A DNA stretch of 63,986 nucleotides, the filler included, from Barthelona sp. PAP020 (lineage: Eukaryota), in assembly GCA_040182905.1 (NCBI GenBank). It is 7 parts of 7 records of this genome, joined end to end, with 100 filler letters (N's around TTAATTAATTAA, not from the genome) between each part and the next. Parts side by side here need not be neighbours in the genome. Positions count along the whole stretch, not along the records: positions 1 to 9,515 come from JARQWU010000424.1; positions 9,616 to 19,054 come from JARQWU010000425.1; 5 more parts are not named here. One strand, written 5' to 3'. The position numbers and the translations under genes are program-made. Positions 1 through 10,018 of this stretch are shown here, one piece after another. How positions within the stretch are numbered: the stretch's first letter is position 1; every line of letters starts with the position of its first letter. The notes under the pieces were generated by a model. That model was not told the origin of the DNA, made no database searches, and worked only from the letters and a program-made list of their open reading frames with translations.

Positions 1-234
1 AATTCAAAAATGGTGACTGAATTCTTGGAAAAGAACTGGGAACCAGAATTAAATTGTGAATCTACCATTGATTTAGCTGTTAAAAGTCTGTTAGAAGTTG
101 TTAATAGTAATAAAACTGTAGAAATTGCTGTTATTACACAGAATGATGTTGAATTCTTGGACGCTGATACCATTAAGAATATCGTTGAAAGATTGAGTGA
201 TGAAAAAGAACAACAAGTTGATGAACAAGAATAA
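1..234 (+). CDS. PSMA7: 20S proteasome alpha subunit (alpha-4/PSMA7-like), 3' end only
   Basis: EFLEKN...TIDLAVKSLLEVV..KTVEIAV matches the alpha-4 C-terminus (VREFLEKNY...KLVIKALLEVVQSG.KNIELAV). The frame is open from base 1, so the gene is 5'-truncated. Confidence 0.8.
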   Translation, partial: NSKMVTEFLEKNWEPELNCESTIDLAVKSLLEVVNSNKTVEIAVITQNDVEFLDADTIKNIVERLSDEKEQQVDEQE

Positions 235-440
235 ATGTATTTTCTTTTTTATTTCTAAAGTTTAGATGAAAGATCATTAAGAAAAGTAACTATGATGTAA
301 TTCCTCTATTCAAAGCAAAGGCACAAATATAAGATGGGGAAATCAATTATTTTGAAAGCAAAAAAGATTTTTAAGACGATTTAATTCAAGAATAGCATTC
401 AAAAAAAGAAAAAAAACAACTTAACATATTAAAAAAACGT

Positions 441-1397
441 TCAACTGACAATAATCTCAAAACCTTTGATATTATTTTTCAAAAGACCTTCAGATTGATC
501 AATACTGTCATCTTCATTGGACGATACTCCCCCAATAATAAAAAAAAAAGAATTATTCAAAGAGAAGGAACTGATATCGAATGCCGCAAAAGAATGATCA
601 ATATTCACATAAAAATTCTTTAACTCACATCCATTTTTGGAAGATAATATGGTAACTTTTCCACAACGAGTGGAACAAACAACAAACCTGTCATTATCAA
701 AGAATTTTGCGGTTAACGCCCAATCTTTCAGATCAAATGTCCAAAGACACTTCATTGAATCAATTTCCCATAATTTACATTTGGAATCATCTGATGAAGT
801 CAGAATAGAACTATTTTTTCTGTCAAATTCACAAGATCGAACATATTGTTCATGTCCTTGAAAAATTTTTAAAACCCGCAAAGTATTTGGATCACACAAT
901 ATAATATCATTTCCCAATAGACTAAGGCCTAAATATTTGTTGTCAAAAGAAATCGAAACATCATTAATACCATCATAATCTAAAGTCAATGAATTAACAC
1001 ATAGTCTTGAACACAAATCCCACTTCTTTAACTTGGAAAAATCATCCCCAGAATACAAAAATTTTCCATCTTCAGAAAAACAACATCCATAAACATAAGA
1101 ACCATTTTCAAGCACCGCTTGAACGTTCCAATTATTTTTATTATAAACAAAAATTGAATTATCATATGAACAAGTTGCAACCAAACCACAATTATTGTTG
1201 AAGGAAATATTTGTAACAAAATCTCTGTGATGACAAACAGTTTTTTCCAATTCGAAAGAATTCATTTTCCAAATATTCATTGATCTGTCATTTGAAGTGG
1301 ATAGAAAACAATTTTCATCCAACACTTTTATTGTTGTGATTGGTCTGTCATGTTGACTGTTTGTTATGAATAAATTGTTCACAATGATTTCAGACAT
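441..1397 (-). CDS. WD40-repeat protein
   Basis: About 7 WD repeats (HDRPITTIKV..STSNDRSMNIWK; HRDFVTNISF..SYDNSIFVY; GHEQYVRSCEF..SSDDSKCKLWE). First ATG at 1397. Confidence 0.85.
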   Translation of the reverse strand: MSEIIVNNLFITNSQHDRPITTIKVLDENCFLSTSNDRSMNIWKMNSFELEKTVCHHRDFVTNISFNNNCGLVATCSYDNSIFVYNKNNWNVQAVLENGSYVYGCCFSEDGKFLYSGDDFSKLKKWDLCSRLCVNSLTLDYDGINDVSISFDNKYLGLSLLGNDIILCDPNTLRVLKIFQGHEQYVRSCEFDRKNSSILTSSDDSKCKLWEIDSMKCLWTFDLKDWALTAKFFDNDRFVVCSTRCGKVTILSSKNGCELKNFYVNIDHSFAAFDISSFSLNNSFFFIIGGVSSNEDDSIDQSEGLLKNNIKGFEIIVS

Positions 1398-1475
1398 TAA
1401 TTTAAACACATAAAAAAAAAAGATCAAACAAATTTACAATTCATTTTGCCTTCCCCAAAAACATCAAAAAACAAT

Positions 1476-3773
1476 CTATATGGATTTAATTTTGAAATGT
1501 TCATTCTTTTTGCAATAAATGAACAAAGAATATTGTTCAGCGAACTTTTCACAATAATAAATTAACCTTTCAAAGGTAAGAGTGGCTCTTACAACTTGTT
1601 CCGGAATATGATCACCAGTTACAGGAGCAAAAACTCCAACTGTTGTGGTAGCACAAGCTCTCAAAGGCATAGTAATATTGTTTTCTGAAACTTCCTTCAA
1701 CAAAGCAAGAACTGATAAAAGAACATAAGCATGTTGTTCGGATGGTATCATCAATCTGATTTCCATCCATTCAGCATCTGTAAGAGGTCTTGGAATTTCA
1801 GATTCATCTTCAATATCTTCAGGAAGCGTTAAAGCAGCCAAACCTTCAATAGTTAAAAAGTGTCCTGGTATTTTCTTCAAAAACAGTTTCATCATAGCAC
1901 TAATAGACAAAGGACTCACTCCAGTATTGATACTAGTTGAACTCAACATTTCAACCTGAGTGACATATGCTTCTTCTGCTGATTTAGAAAGAGATTTTCT
2001 GAACAACATTTCTGTCTCAATATTTCCTTCCAACAAGAGGAAATTAATAAATTTAACAATTATTATTGGCAAAGTTACTTGAATATTACTAGCAGCAATT
2101 TTTGGAACTGTATCAAGATCAACACCAAAAATAGGCACTTGAATTCTTGGGGGTTTTGGAATTTCTTCAACAATTCTAATTGGGGATTGCATATGTGCAC
2201 TTAACTCTTCATGTGCACTTTCATTTAAAAGACACAATGGGATATCGATATTGCAAGAAAATTGATCCATTGAACTTGTTGTGATCAAATGATTGATACA
2301 TTCAGCCATACTATCAAAAGCGAAATATTTTTTCATAAATTTGCTACCAAATAATCCTGAAAAAAAAGTAGCTACTTTCGTCCAAAACGAAGGTCTAACA
2401 ATCATAAACTTTTTTAAATTCTTTCGTGTACGACGATTGAACATAGAATGAATATCAACAATGGTTGAATATGCTACACCAACAGTACTACCCAATGAAT
2501 CACATTGATTTATAAATAATATTTCATAATGAGCAGAACAAATAGTTTCTAGTTGTCTAACAATATACAAACAAACTTCACGTTCAGAAAATCCATTCTT
2601 TGCAGGGTCTAACAATGGTCCAATAAGAACAAGTATTTTTCTTCCTTCTGCTGAAGGTCCAGTCACATAGATACCGTTACATTGCTGAATATGTTTCAAA
2701 TCAACAGATTTTGCATTATCAACAAGATCACTCCATCTTTTTTCATTTTCAGGAGTATCTTCGTAATCAATTTCATCAATATCAGGAACAGATTTTGTAA
2801 TATTATCAACAGGCACTTCAATTGTAACATCTTCAATAGTTACTTCTTCTGACATAATTCCAACAGGTTTTTCTTTCTGTTGAATATGGGTTTCAATTGG
2901 TGTTTGAACAAAAGTTTCTTCAACAACTTCTTTTTCTTCTTCAATAACAGCTTCAACAGATGTTTCAACAAGGTTTTCTTCTTTTTCTTCAACAACTTCC
3001 TCAACAACTTCTTTTTCTTCTTCAATAACAGCTTCAACAGGTGTTTCAATAAGATTTTCTACTTTTTCTTCAACAACTTCCTCAACAACTTCTTTTTCTT
3101 CTTCAATAACAGCTTCAACAGGTGTTTCAACAAGGTTTTCTTCTTTTTCTTCAACAACTTCTTCAACAACTTCTTTTTCTTCTTCAATAACAGCTTCAAC
3201 AGGTGTTTCAACAAGGTTTTCTTCTTTTTCTTCAACAACTTCCTCAACAACTTCTTTTTCTTCTTCAATAACAGCTTCAACAGATGTTTCAACAAGGTTT
3301 TCTACTTTTTCTTCAACAACTTCCTCAACAACTTCTTTTTCTTCTTCAATAAGAGCTTCAACAGGTGTTTCAATAAGATTGTCTTCATTGTTCTCAATTT
3401 TGTTCATTTCTTTCACCTTCTCACTTTCCAAAATTTCATCAACAATTTCAACAACAGTTGGATTAGGCTCAGATTCTTCAATAATCATTTCTGTTTCCCC
3501 AAGACCTGCTGCTTCAACTTGAATACTATCAAGTCCCAATTCAGAATCAACATGTTGTTGGGTTTCACTAATATTAATTGTTTCAATTTCAGGAGTTTCT
3601 TGAACCAAATTCTGTTCTTGAATTTGTTGGGTGGAAATAGGTTCTGTTTCAAGAGAAACCTCGTCTTGAGTATCTTCAATGATACTTTCCATTTGTGGAG
3701 TTGGAGGTCTACTAGAGCTTCTTTTTCTACCTTTTGGTTTGTTTCCTTTTCTATTGGTTCTCTTTTTTGCCAT
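1476..3773 (-). CDS. BCH/Sec14-like (CRAL-TRIO) plus RhoGAP protein (ARHGAP1/8-like) with acidic tandem repeats
   Basis: BCH-like segment (GIYVTGPSAEGRKILVL...RKNLKKFMIVRPSFWTK) followed by RhoGAP motifs (IFGVDL, LPIIIVKFINFL, ETEMLFRKS with arginine finger, MKLFLKKIP). ATG at 3773. Confidence 0.75.
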   Translation of the reverse strand: MAKKRTNRKGNKPKGRKRSSSRPPTPQMESIIEDTQDEVSLETEPISTQQIQEQNLVQETPEIETINISETQQHVDSELGLDSIQVEAAGLGETEMIIEESEPNPTVVEIVDEILESEKVKEMNKIENNEDNLIETPVEALIEEEKEVVEEVVEEKVENLVETSVEAVIEEEKEVVEEVVEEKEENLVETPVEAVIEEEKEVVEEVVEEKEENLVETPVEAVIEEEKEVVEEVVEEKVENLIETPVEAVIEEEKEVVEEVVEEKEENLVETSVEAVIEEEKEVVEETFVQTPIETHIQQKEKPVGIMSEEVTIEDVTIEVPVDNITKSVPDIDEIDYEDTPENEKRWSDLVDNAKSVDLKHIQQCNGIYVTGPSAEGRKILVLIGPLLDPAKNGFSEREVCLYIVRQLETICSAHYEILFINQCDSLGSTVGVAYSTIVDIHSMFNRRTRKNLKKFMIVRPSFWTKVATFFSGLFGSKFMKKYFAFDSMAECINHLITTSSMDQFSCNIDIPLCLLNESAHEELSAHMQSPIRIVEEIPKPPRIQVPIFGVDLDTVPKIAASNIQVTLPIIIVKFINFLLLEGNIETEMLFRKSLSKSAEEAYVTQVEMLSSTSINTGVSPLSISAMMKLFLKKIPGHFLTIEGLAALTLPEDIEDESEIPRPLTDAEWMEIRLMIPSEQHAYVLLSVLALLKEVSENNITMPLRACATTTVGVFAPVTGDHIPEQVVRATLTFERLIYYCEKFAEQYSLFIYCKKNEHFKIKSI
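2916..3380 (-). repeat. Coding tandem repeat, 81-bp unit, about 5.7 copies (NLVETPVEAVIEEEKEVVEEVVEEKEE)
   Basis: GCTTCAACAG recurs every 81 nt (e.g. 3031, 3112); a 27-aa unit is visible in the translation. Confidence 0.95.
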
Positions 3774-3948
3774 ATCGAAATGTAAAAACTTGTTAAAGAA
3801 ATTATCCAAAATGTTTTTATGGTGAAATTATCCAATGACATAAATACAACAATGCAGAAGATCTTTTAAGAATGATACAAAATCGTTGTTGAAAGTGCCA
3901 TTTTATTTTTTTTTTTAATATCATTTTCAATCTTTTACAGGAATATTA

Positions 3949-5061
3949 ATGAGTCACAATTTATCAACGATATTGAATTCATTTTCAAATGTTCAAGACC
4001 AAGGTGATGTAACAATGTTAAGACTTGAATATGACAGTTTACTGAAAAGATACAATTTATTAGTTAAAGAGAATAATGATTTAAAAGAAAAAATTGATGT
4101 GCTGCAAGAAAAATCATCTGAAATTACTTCGCCTACTTCTACCAGTATGAAAAAGTTTTATTTCAACGATATATTACAAAAAAAATATGATGAATTAGCG
4201 GAAGAATACAAAAATAACAAGCAAGAGACACAAGAGTTAAAAAGACAAATTTTTCAATTGAAAAATGAATACAGAAGGAATATTCAAACATCTTCCAAAA
4301 AGATTGAAACGTATGAAAGAATAGTTAAGGATCAAACAAACAGAATTCTTCAATTTGAAAAAGAAAAAACTTTTCTTAGGGAGAATTTTCCCAAACCTAC
4401 TTCCTGTGATAATTTAAAAGAAGTGAGTGATTGTTTAGACATTCTGAAAGTTACTATGGACAGTTTTTCTGGACATGATGGCATTGATCAAATTACCCAA
4501 CATCTTCATGTTTTATCAGATGTTCTTCGATTTGCTAGTGACGAGATTAATTTTTATTCCACAAAGTATCGAAATAGTGAAGCACGAAAACAATCTTTAG
4601 TCAGTGAAAATCGAAAGCTAAAAGAAGAATTTTTAAGAATTAAGGAAGAAAATGATCAGTTATTCTGTGAAAATTCTATATTAGGGGAAAAAATAGCGGA
4701 AACTTTGAAATCAGTTGGTAATAACGGGATGATTTCCCCTTCCATTGAATTACAATTTGATGATGAAGTAATGGCTGGAAATGAGAATATTTTGGATAGT
4801 GTTAATTCAATGATTTCTTTCCTTGCCAAAAGAGGTGTTGATGATGTTGAAATTATTGCTTCAAAAGAAGATCCCAATATTTTCTTTATTAATGGAAAGA
4901 GGTATTATTTGAAACTAAGTAATAATCAATTATTAATTCGTATTGGAGGAGGTTTTGAGCCACTAATTGATTTCTTACAAAAATTGAAAACAAAACCAAG
5001 AGGAGGTTTCCCAAGAAAGACACCTGATGAAAAACTGAAACCAAGATGGCAAAATTGTTGA
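3949..5061 (+). CDS. Coiled-coil protein with C-terminal GAS2/GAR microtubule-binding domain
   Basis: Heptad-rich body; C-terminal FFINGKRYYLKLSNNQLLIRIGGGFEPLIDFL resembles the GAR signature VRVGGGW..L.EFL. Confidence 0.7.
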   Translation: MSHNLSTILNSFSNVQDQGDVTMLRLEYDSLLKRYNLLVKENNDLKEKIDVLQEKSSEITSPTSTSMKKFYFNDILQKKYDELAEEYKNNKQETQELKRQIFQLKNEYRRNIQTSSKKIETYERIVKDQTNRILQFEKEKTFLRENFPKPTSCDNLKEVSDCLDILKVTMDSFSGHDGIDQITQHLHVLSDVLRFASDEINFYSTKYRNSEARKQSLVSENRKLKEEFLRIKEENDQLFCENSILGEKIAETLKSVGNNGMISPSIELQFDDEVMAGNENILDSVNSMISFLAKRGVDDVEIIASKEDPNIFFINGKRYYLKLSNNQLLIRIGGGFEPLIDFLQKLKTKPRGGFPRKTPDEKLKPRWQNC

Positions 5062-5328
5062 TGCAGAGCTTTTGAAAAAAAAGAAAAAAAAAACAACAAA
5101 AAATTTCTGGACATTGTTGTTTCTTTTCTTCAAGAATTTTCAATTTTCACTTTTGAATTTTGTATTTGTAAACTTTTTTCCTTCCCTTTTATTTTTGTTC
5201 TTTTTCATTTGAAAAGATTTCAACCCAAATCATATGCCCAAGTTTGAATGTTTAAGATACATTTCTTCAATTTTCCAAATCAGGGAGTAAACAAAAAATA
5301 ACTACACAATTTATACCTAACTTTACAA

Positions 5329-6832
5329 TTAATAATCGCTTTCATTATCCTCATCATCATCTTTTTCTTGTTCATTTTCTTTTGCAGCTTCTGCTTGTTC
5401 TCTCAAATAGGCTTCAAAATCTTCTTCTTGTCTTAAAGTTGGATCTAATTCCTCTTGAACAGTTTTAGATTCTGCCATCAAAACAGGTAATTCAGCAGGT
5501 CTGAATGCCTCCTCTCGTGTTTTTAAACCCCAACCAACATAAATATTGGCAAATGATCTGCCAAGTGCTACAGCATATGCGCCTTTCCAACGTTGACTTG
5601 CAACCAATATGGGTGTTTTTCCTCCAAAACTTTTCCCTGTACATACAATCCAAGAACCCATATTATTGATTTGTTTATCTTCAACAATGGTAGTAAATAA
5701 TTCTTTAGCTTCTTCTGGTTCTTCATCCTCAAACTCTTCCTCTTCCCAATCAGACTCAGCATCGGCAGGTCTTTCTTGAGGTCTATATTTTGTAATATAA
5801 TAGAATACACGCCCTTGAGGCAAAACTTCAGGCCTAAAGTGAACAAAAGTTGACAGGGGACCATCTTCCTCAAAAATATTTTCCATTGTAACTGGTTCCA
5901 TGGTTTCTAAACCTTCCCAATCTTCATTAATGATTAAATCATTGTCAGTTGGTTTTTCTTCGTCTTCATCCATTTCTTCAACTTCAACAGGTACCAAAGA
6001 ATCAGCAGGACAAATCAAAGTAGAATGCGCAATTCTGGCAATGAGTGCCCTCAAATATTCTCCTTCAGTGCAACCAGAACCAAAAATCTTTTTCAAATCA
6101 CCTGTCAACAATTGAACACCAGAACGCGTTATATTTATATGCTCAGGGTTAGTGTGTCCCAACTTCTGCCATTCTTCAACAAGTGAATTGCAAACATAAT
6201 ACACAAATTTGTTTGTTCCCAAACCAGGATTGTCTCCAGGTGGTGTGGGCTTCTTTTCCCCTCTTCTAATAGGTTCAACATCATTGAAAGGGGCATCATT
6301 CTTCAAAGTATCAACTTCAATAACATAATAAGGTTTTGATGTGGTTAAAAATTTACCCCAAAATCTGATATGCTTTGAATCAACAACTTTGGAGAATTTT
6401 TTTAAAGAATACAACAATAACAAACTTTCATTCTCACTAATACCCTTTCCAAAAACGTTGAACAATCTCATATCGTCCAATAACTTGTTTAATTCAGATT
6501 CAATCATAATTTTATTCACATTTTCAGGAATAAAAGATAAAATAGTTTCAGTTAATAAATCTTTGGTCAAATTCAGTTCTTTAAGAACATCATAATTGAT
6601 ATTTTTCTGAAAAGTTAGCTCAATTAAAAGAATTGGGTCATACATTGAAATTCGTATTTTTGGAGTAACCATTCTTCAGTTCCTGACTAACAGTTTCTAA
6701 TGCAAGATATGGATCTTCAACATTATTGTCAACCATGTATAAAAGAATAGATATAATGTGTTCAAGAAGGGATGGCTTACCATCTTTCGATTGAGACAAA
6801 TATTCTTTGCCTTGTTCTAGAAGTGTGTCCAT
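5329..6832 (-). CDS. Radial spoke head protein RSPH4/6 family; two exons, join(6644..6832,5329..6606)
   Basis: RFWGKFL..KPYYVIE, GLGTNKFVYYVCN, EGEYLRALIARIAHST and SQRWKGAYAV..FANIYVGWGLK are RSP4/6 motifs. The upstream ORF gives the typical N-terminus (KEYL..SLLEHIISIL). A 37-nt phase-0 intron joins them. Confidence 0.9.
6607..6643 (-). other. Spliceosomal intron, 37 nt (GTATGA...GCTAAC-TTTTC-AG)
   Basis: GT-AG ends and a CTAAC branch point; removal joins ...NTNFN|KNINY... in frame. Confidence 0.85.
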
Positions 6833-7062
6833 TTGAAATTAAAAAAAAGAATAAAACACTTTTGAAATTGATATTTATATTATTCAGTATTTATACAACG
6901 GTAATATGTTCATTTGAGAATAAATGATCAAAAGTCAAATTTATATTAATGTAAAAATGAAAAAATGAAATTCAAAAATGTTTCTCTTCATACATTTGAT
7001 TCAGTTGATAAAAAAAAATTACAGAGAAACAAATATTCACATCAAAGCTCTCAAATAATTTG

Positions 7063-7989
7063 ATGGGAAAAAAAAAACCATCAAATCAAAAAGAGCATCA
7101 AATGCCTTCAAAAAAAAAAATTCAAACCATTTATGTTTCACCCATGAATATTCTTGATTTTGTTCGAGTACGTGGAAGTTCACGTATTCAAACTACGACA
7201 TCACAATCTATGAAACGAAATAATTCTGTCGAAACTTCAATTGGCTTAAAAAACAATAATTTTCCTGTACCCCTTTATGAACCTTCAGAAATTCCAAAAT
7301 CGACCCCAACACCAAAGAATAATGTCAATGCTAAAAAAACTAAACGAAAAATCCATTCACATGTGTTAAATCAACTTTTAAAAGATTCTCAACAGGGGTA
7401 TTCCTCAAAGAAAGATTTTATTAACAATGTACTAAATTCAAATAACACAAATCCTTTACTACCAATGGAATATTCTAAATATTTAAAATTATTCAATAGT
7501 TTTGAAAGATTTATTTCTTACAGTAACAATCGAATCAAACAAAAATTCTTGTTTTCCACTTTTCAAAAGAGTATTAGAAATTTATGTCAATGTGATGTAG
7601 GAATTGAAGATATATTATGTTTAGAGACATTAATTCCCAATTCATTCCTTTTTTATCAAAATCAAGAGACTCTTGAAATATCTTTTAACTTCAACAATGA
7701 TAGTGAAACATGGAAAAATAAAACTTTGATGTTGAAAGAACAACTTTTACAACTAACTAGAGAAGCTCACAAAGAATGGTATCTAGATAAATTTGGAAAT
7801 CCCAAAGACAGAGGAATTGATCTTAATAAAATATCTTATGGTTGGCATCATAAGTGGGATATGACAGTAAGAAGTATTAATCCTGTTTTGCTTGAGCATA
7901 TTCTTGTGGAAGAACCTTCTAAAATATCAAATGAAAAAAAAATACCCAAAACAATTTCAAATCCTTTGGATTTATTGAGGATTTGTTAG
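7063..7989 (+). CDS. Cdt1-like protein (middle winged-helix domain only)
   Basis: LPMEYSKYLKLFNSFERFISY.NNR...FSTFQKSIRNL...LETLIPNSF and LLQLTREAHKEW...WHHKWD parallel Cdt1 LPYKY..L.EMF.SMDTIV..L.NR...F...YP.S and HHKAFL...RWHP.F. Start could also be ATG 7102. Confidence 0.65.
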   Translation: MGKKKPSNQKEHQMPSKKKIQTIYVSPMNILDFVRVRGSSRIQTTTSQSMKRNNSVETSIGLKNNNFPVPLYEPSEIPKSTPTPKNNVNAKKTKRKIHSHVLNQLLKDSQQGYSSKKDFINNVLNSNNTNPLLPMEYSKYLKLFNSFERFISYSNNRIKQKFLFSTFQKSIRNLCQCDVGIEDILCLETLIPNSFLFYQNQETLEISFNFNNDSETWKNKTLMLKEQLLQLTREAHKEWYLDKFGNPKDRGIDLNKISYGWHHKWDMTVRSINPVLLEHILVEEPSKISNEKKIPKTISNPLDLLRIC

Positions 7990-8116
7990 ATTATATTGAA
8001 AAAAGAAAATCAACAAGTATAGTATTCTTTATCACACTTAAAATGTGGTAATTTAAAATTTTATAAATACATTTTAGTTAGAATTTTATTGTTTAAAGAT
8101 GTTTTCTTTTTTAGTG

Positions 8117-8150
8117 AAATAAAATAAAATAAAATAAAATAAAATAAAAT
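8117..8150 (+). repeat. (AAAAT)n microsatellite
   Basis: About 6-7 direct pentamer copies. Confidence 0.9.
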
Positions 8151-8236
8151 ATTTATGGATTAAAAAGTTTTGGAATTTCCAAAACTTTTTGAAAATCATT
8201 TTATAAGGGAAACAAAAATTATTTTTTAGTTATCAA

Positions 8237-8557
8237 TTGGTCCAGTTGTGAAACAACTATATTTGTTTACAAAGAAAGTAAACTTAGAAAACTCATTTTA
8301 GCAAATTTCAGTCAAAATCCCAGGAGGGGAATTAAGCGACTGAAATGTAATTGGAACGATCAAGTAGGAGAATTTCGGAGAAATTCTTCATTCCAATTTT
8401 TTGGTATTTTTGCAAAAGCAAAAATTTGAAGTTTGAACTTTACCTTAGCAAATCTAAAGTTTTTCAACAGATCAATCGGGCCTTGAAAGCCTTTAACCAA
8501 ATAAACACTATTCTTTTTATTCACTCATACGCACAGTGCTTCTTGGCTTGGAAATAA
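8237..8557 (+). mobile_element. Interspersed repeat family R1 (about 320 bp), full copy; putative non-autonomous Helentron/Helitron2-like element
   Basis: Near-identical to 38547-38867 and 48135-48455; begins TTGGTCCAGTTGTGAAACAACT, ends GCACAGTGCTTCTTGGCTTGGAAATAA. Confidence 0.85.
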
Positions 8558-8823
8558 ACCCAAAGAAAACGAGAGCACAAATAGAACACCAGTAAAACTA
8601 CCCTGTCTCGCAACGGTCTAAACTCAGCTCATGTTCCCTGTTAGCGGGTGAAAAATCCCTTAAATAATGTGAAAACCACTGGACCTTTAAACTTTCCAAA
8701 AAACCATTTTTTTCCAAAGAAAGTTTAAAACGTATCAGGATAAACTGATTTGACCACAAAAATTTGGTCCTGTTAAGAAACAACTACATTTATTCACAGA
8801 GAAAGAAAATTCAAAAAACTATA

Positions 8824-9180
8824 TTAAGGAAATTTCAGGCAAAACCCCAAAATAGAGAAATCCTCAAGGCCATAGATAATAATTGGACTGTTGTCGGAAC
8901 AAGCCACCAATTTTTGTCCTTCTGGTGAAACAGAAACCTCAAAAACAGTATTTTTGTGATCTTTCAAAGTGCAGATCAATCTTCCCGCCCCTATAATAAT
9001 AAAATGAACATGTGGCAAACAACCAATCACTAAATATTTACCATCTACCGAATATGAACAATCATATATTCGACAAGAATGTATACAACCAATATCTACT
9101 TGGGAATTTTGGTTGACTTTGTGAGGAAGCATGAAACGAATAGTTTTCATCACCAATGCACTTCTTGACTCCTTTATCAT
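8824..9180 (-). pseudogene. Short WD40 fragment (2 repeats), probably a truncated or decayed gene
   Basis: CSYSVDGKYLVIG..LKDHKNTVFEVSVSPEGQKLVACSDNS.IIIY is WD-like but too short for a propeller. Confidence 0.45.
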
Positions 9181-9515
9181 ATTAAATAATTAACATAAAC
9201 AAAATTGAATGAAATCAACCACAATAAGAAGGTTATGAACCATAACAATAAAAACAAAAAAGAAATTCTTTTTGTTTTTCTGGCAATAATATTCCAACTG
9301 GCTGTTCAAAGAATAAAAAACTAATGTGTTGTAATGATTTTGAATCTCAATTGAAAAAAATATAAAGATTTTTACATTTTTAATTTTTACATTCATTACC
9401 ACAAATATCATGTTAAACCAACTGATTGAAAATGATATTTTAGGCAAGGAGATAATAACGAGTAAGCAATTCAACAACATATTTGAGTTTTTCAAAACCA
9501 AAATATCCCCCTTTT

Positions 9516-9615
9516 NNNNNNNNNNNNNNNNNNNNNNNNNNNNNNNNNNNNNNNNNNNNTTAATTAATTAANNNNNNNNNNNNNNNNNNNNNNNNNNNNN
9601 NNNNNNNNNNNNNNN
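9516..9615. other. Artificial contig spacer (N run with central TTAATTAATTAA)
   Basis: Exactly 100 nt with a six-frame stop linker; identical to the five other spacers. Confidence 0.97.
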
Positions 9616-10018
9616 CTTATTTTCTTCCAAAGTTGCTTTTTCATGATCACTATACACAAGAGCTGCATCCTTTAAATCTCGAGCTACCTTTTCGATAAAA
9701 ATCCGTTCACTCATTAAATATTCTCAAATTTCATCAAACAAAAGAACAAAAACAATTTAAATTTTTTTTTCAAAATTCGAATTCCTCATTTTCTTTTATT
9801 TGCTGCATATCTAATCATAAATTTATCTAATATAGAAATATAGAATGCAAAAAATCCCTCATTTGTTTATCAAACAGTTTTGAAAAGATCTTCAACAAAT
9901 ATTTTGCTTAGGTTTTGAAAAGCTTTATTATTTGACTTAAGAGAAAAAAAAAAAGAAAGATAAAACGAGAAATTTTTATCAATTTTATCAAAAAGAGAAG
10001 GAAAAATTGGACTCTTTC

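Noticed and set aside
2840..3841. Overlapping ORFs 2880-3785(+), 2840-3049(-), 3059-3295(-), 3485-3841(-)
   Set aside because: Shadow frames of the Glu/Val-rich repeat; poly-Phe/Asn or poly-Lys/Leu translations with no independent signal.
8351..8557. Similar small ORFs at 8351-8557, 48299-48514 and 57500-57706
   Set aside because: They lie inside R1 copies, use non-ATG starts and differ in start and length between copies.
9560..9571. Recurrent TTAATTAATTAA motif at about 9.4-kb periodicity
   Set aside because: Synthetic six-frame stop linker embedded in N runs.
9440..9714. Apparent single gene spanning the first gap (MSERIFIEKV... and ...YVVELLTRYYLLA*)
   Set aside because: The spacer joins size-sorted contigs, so the two pieces are probably unrelated gene ends.
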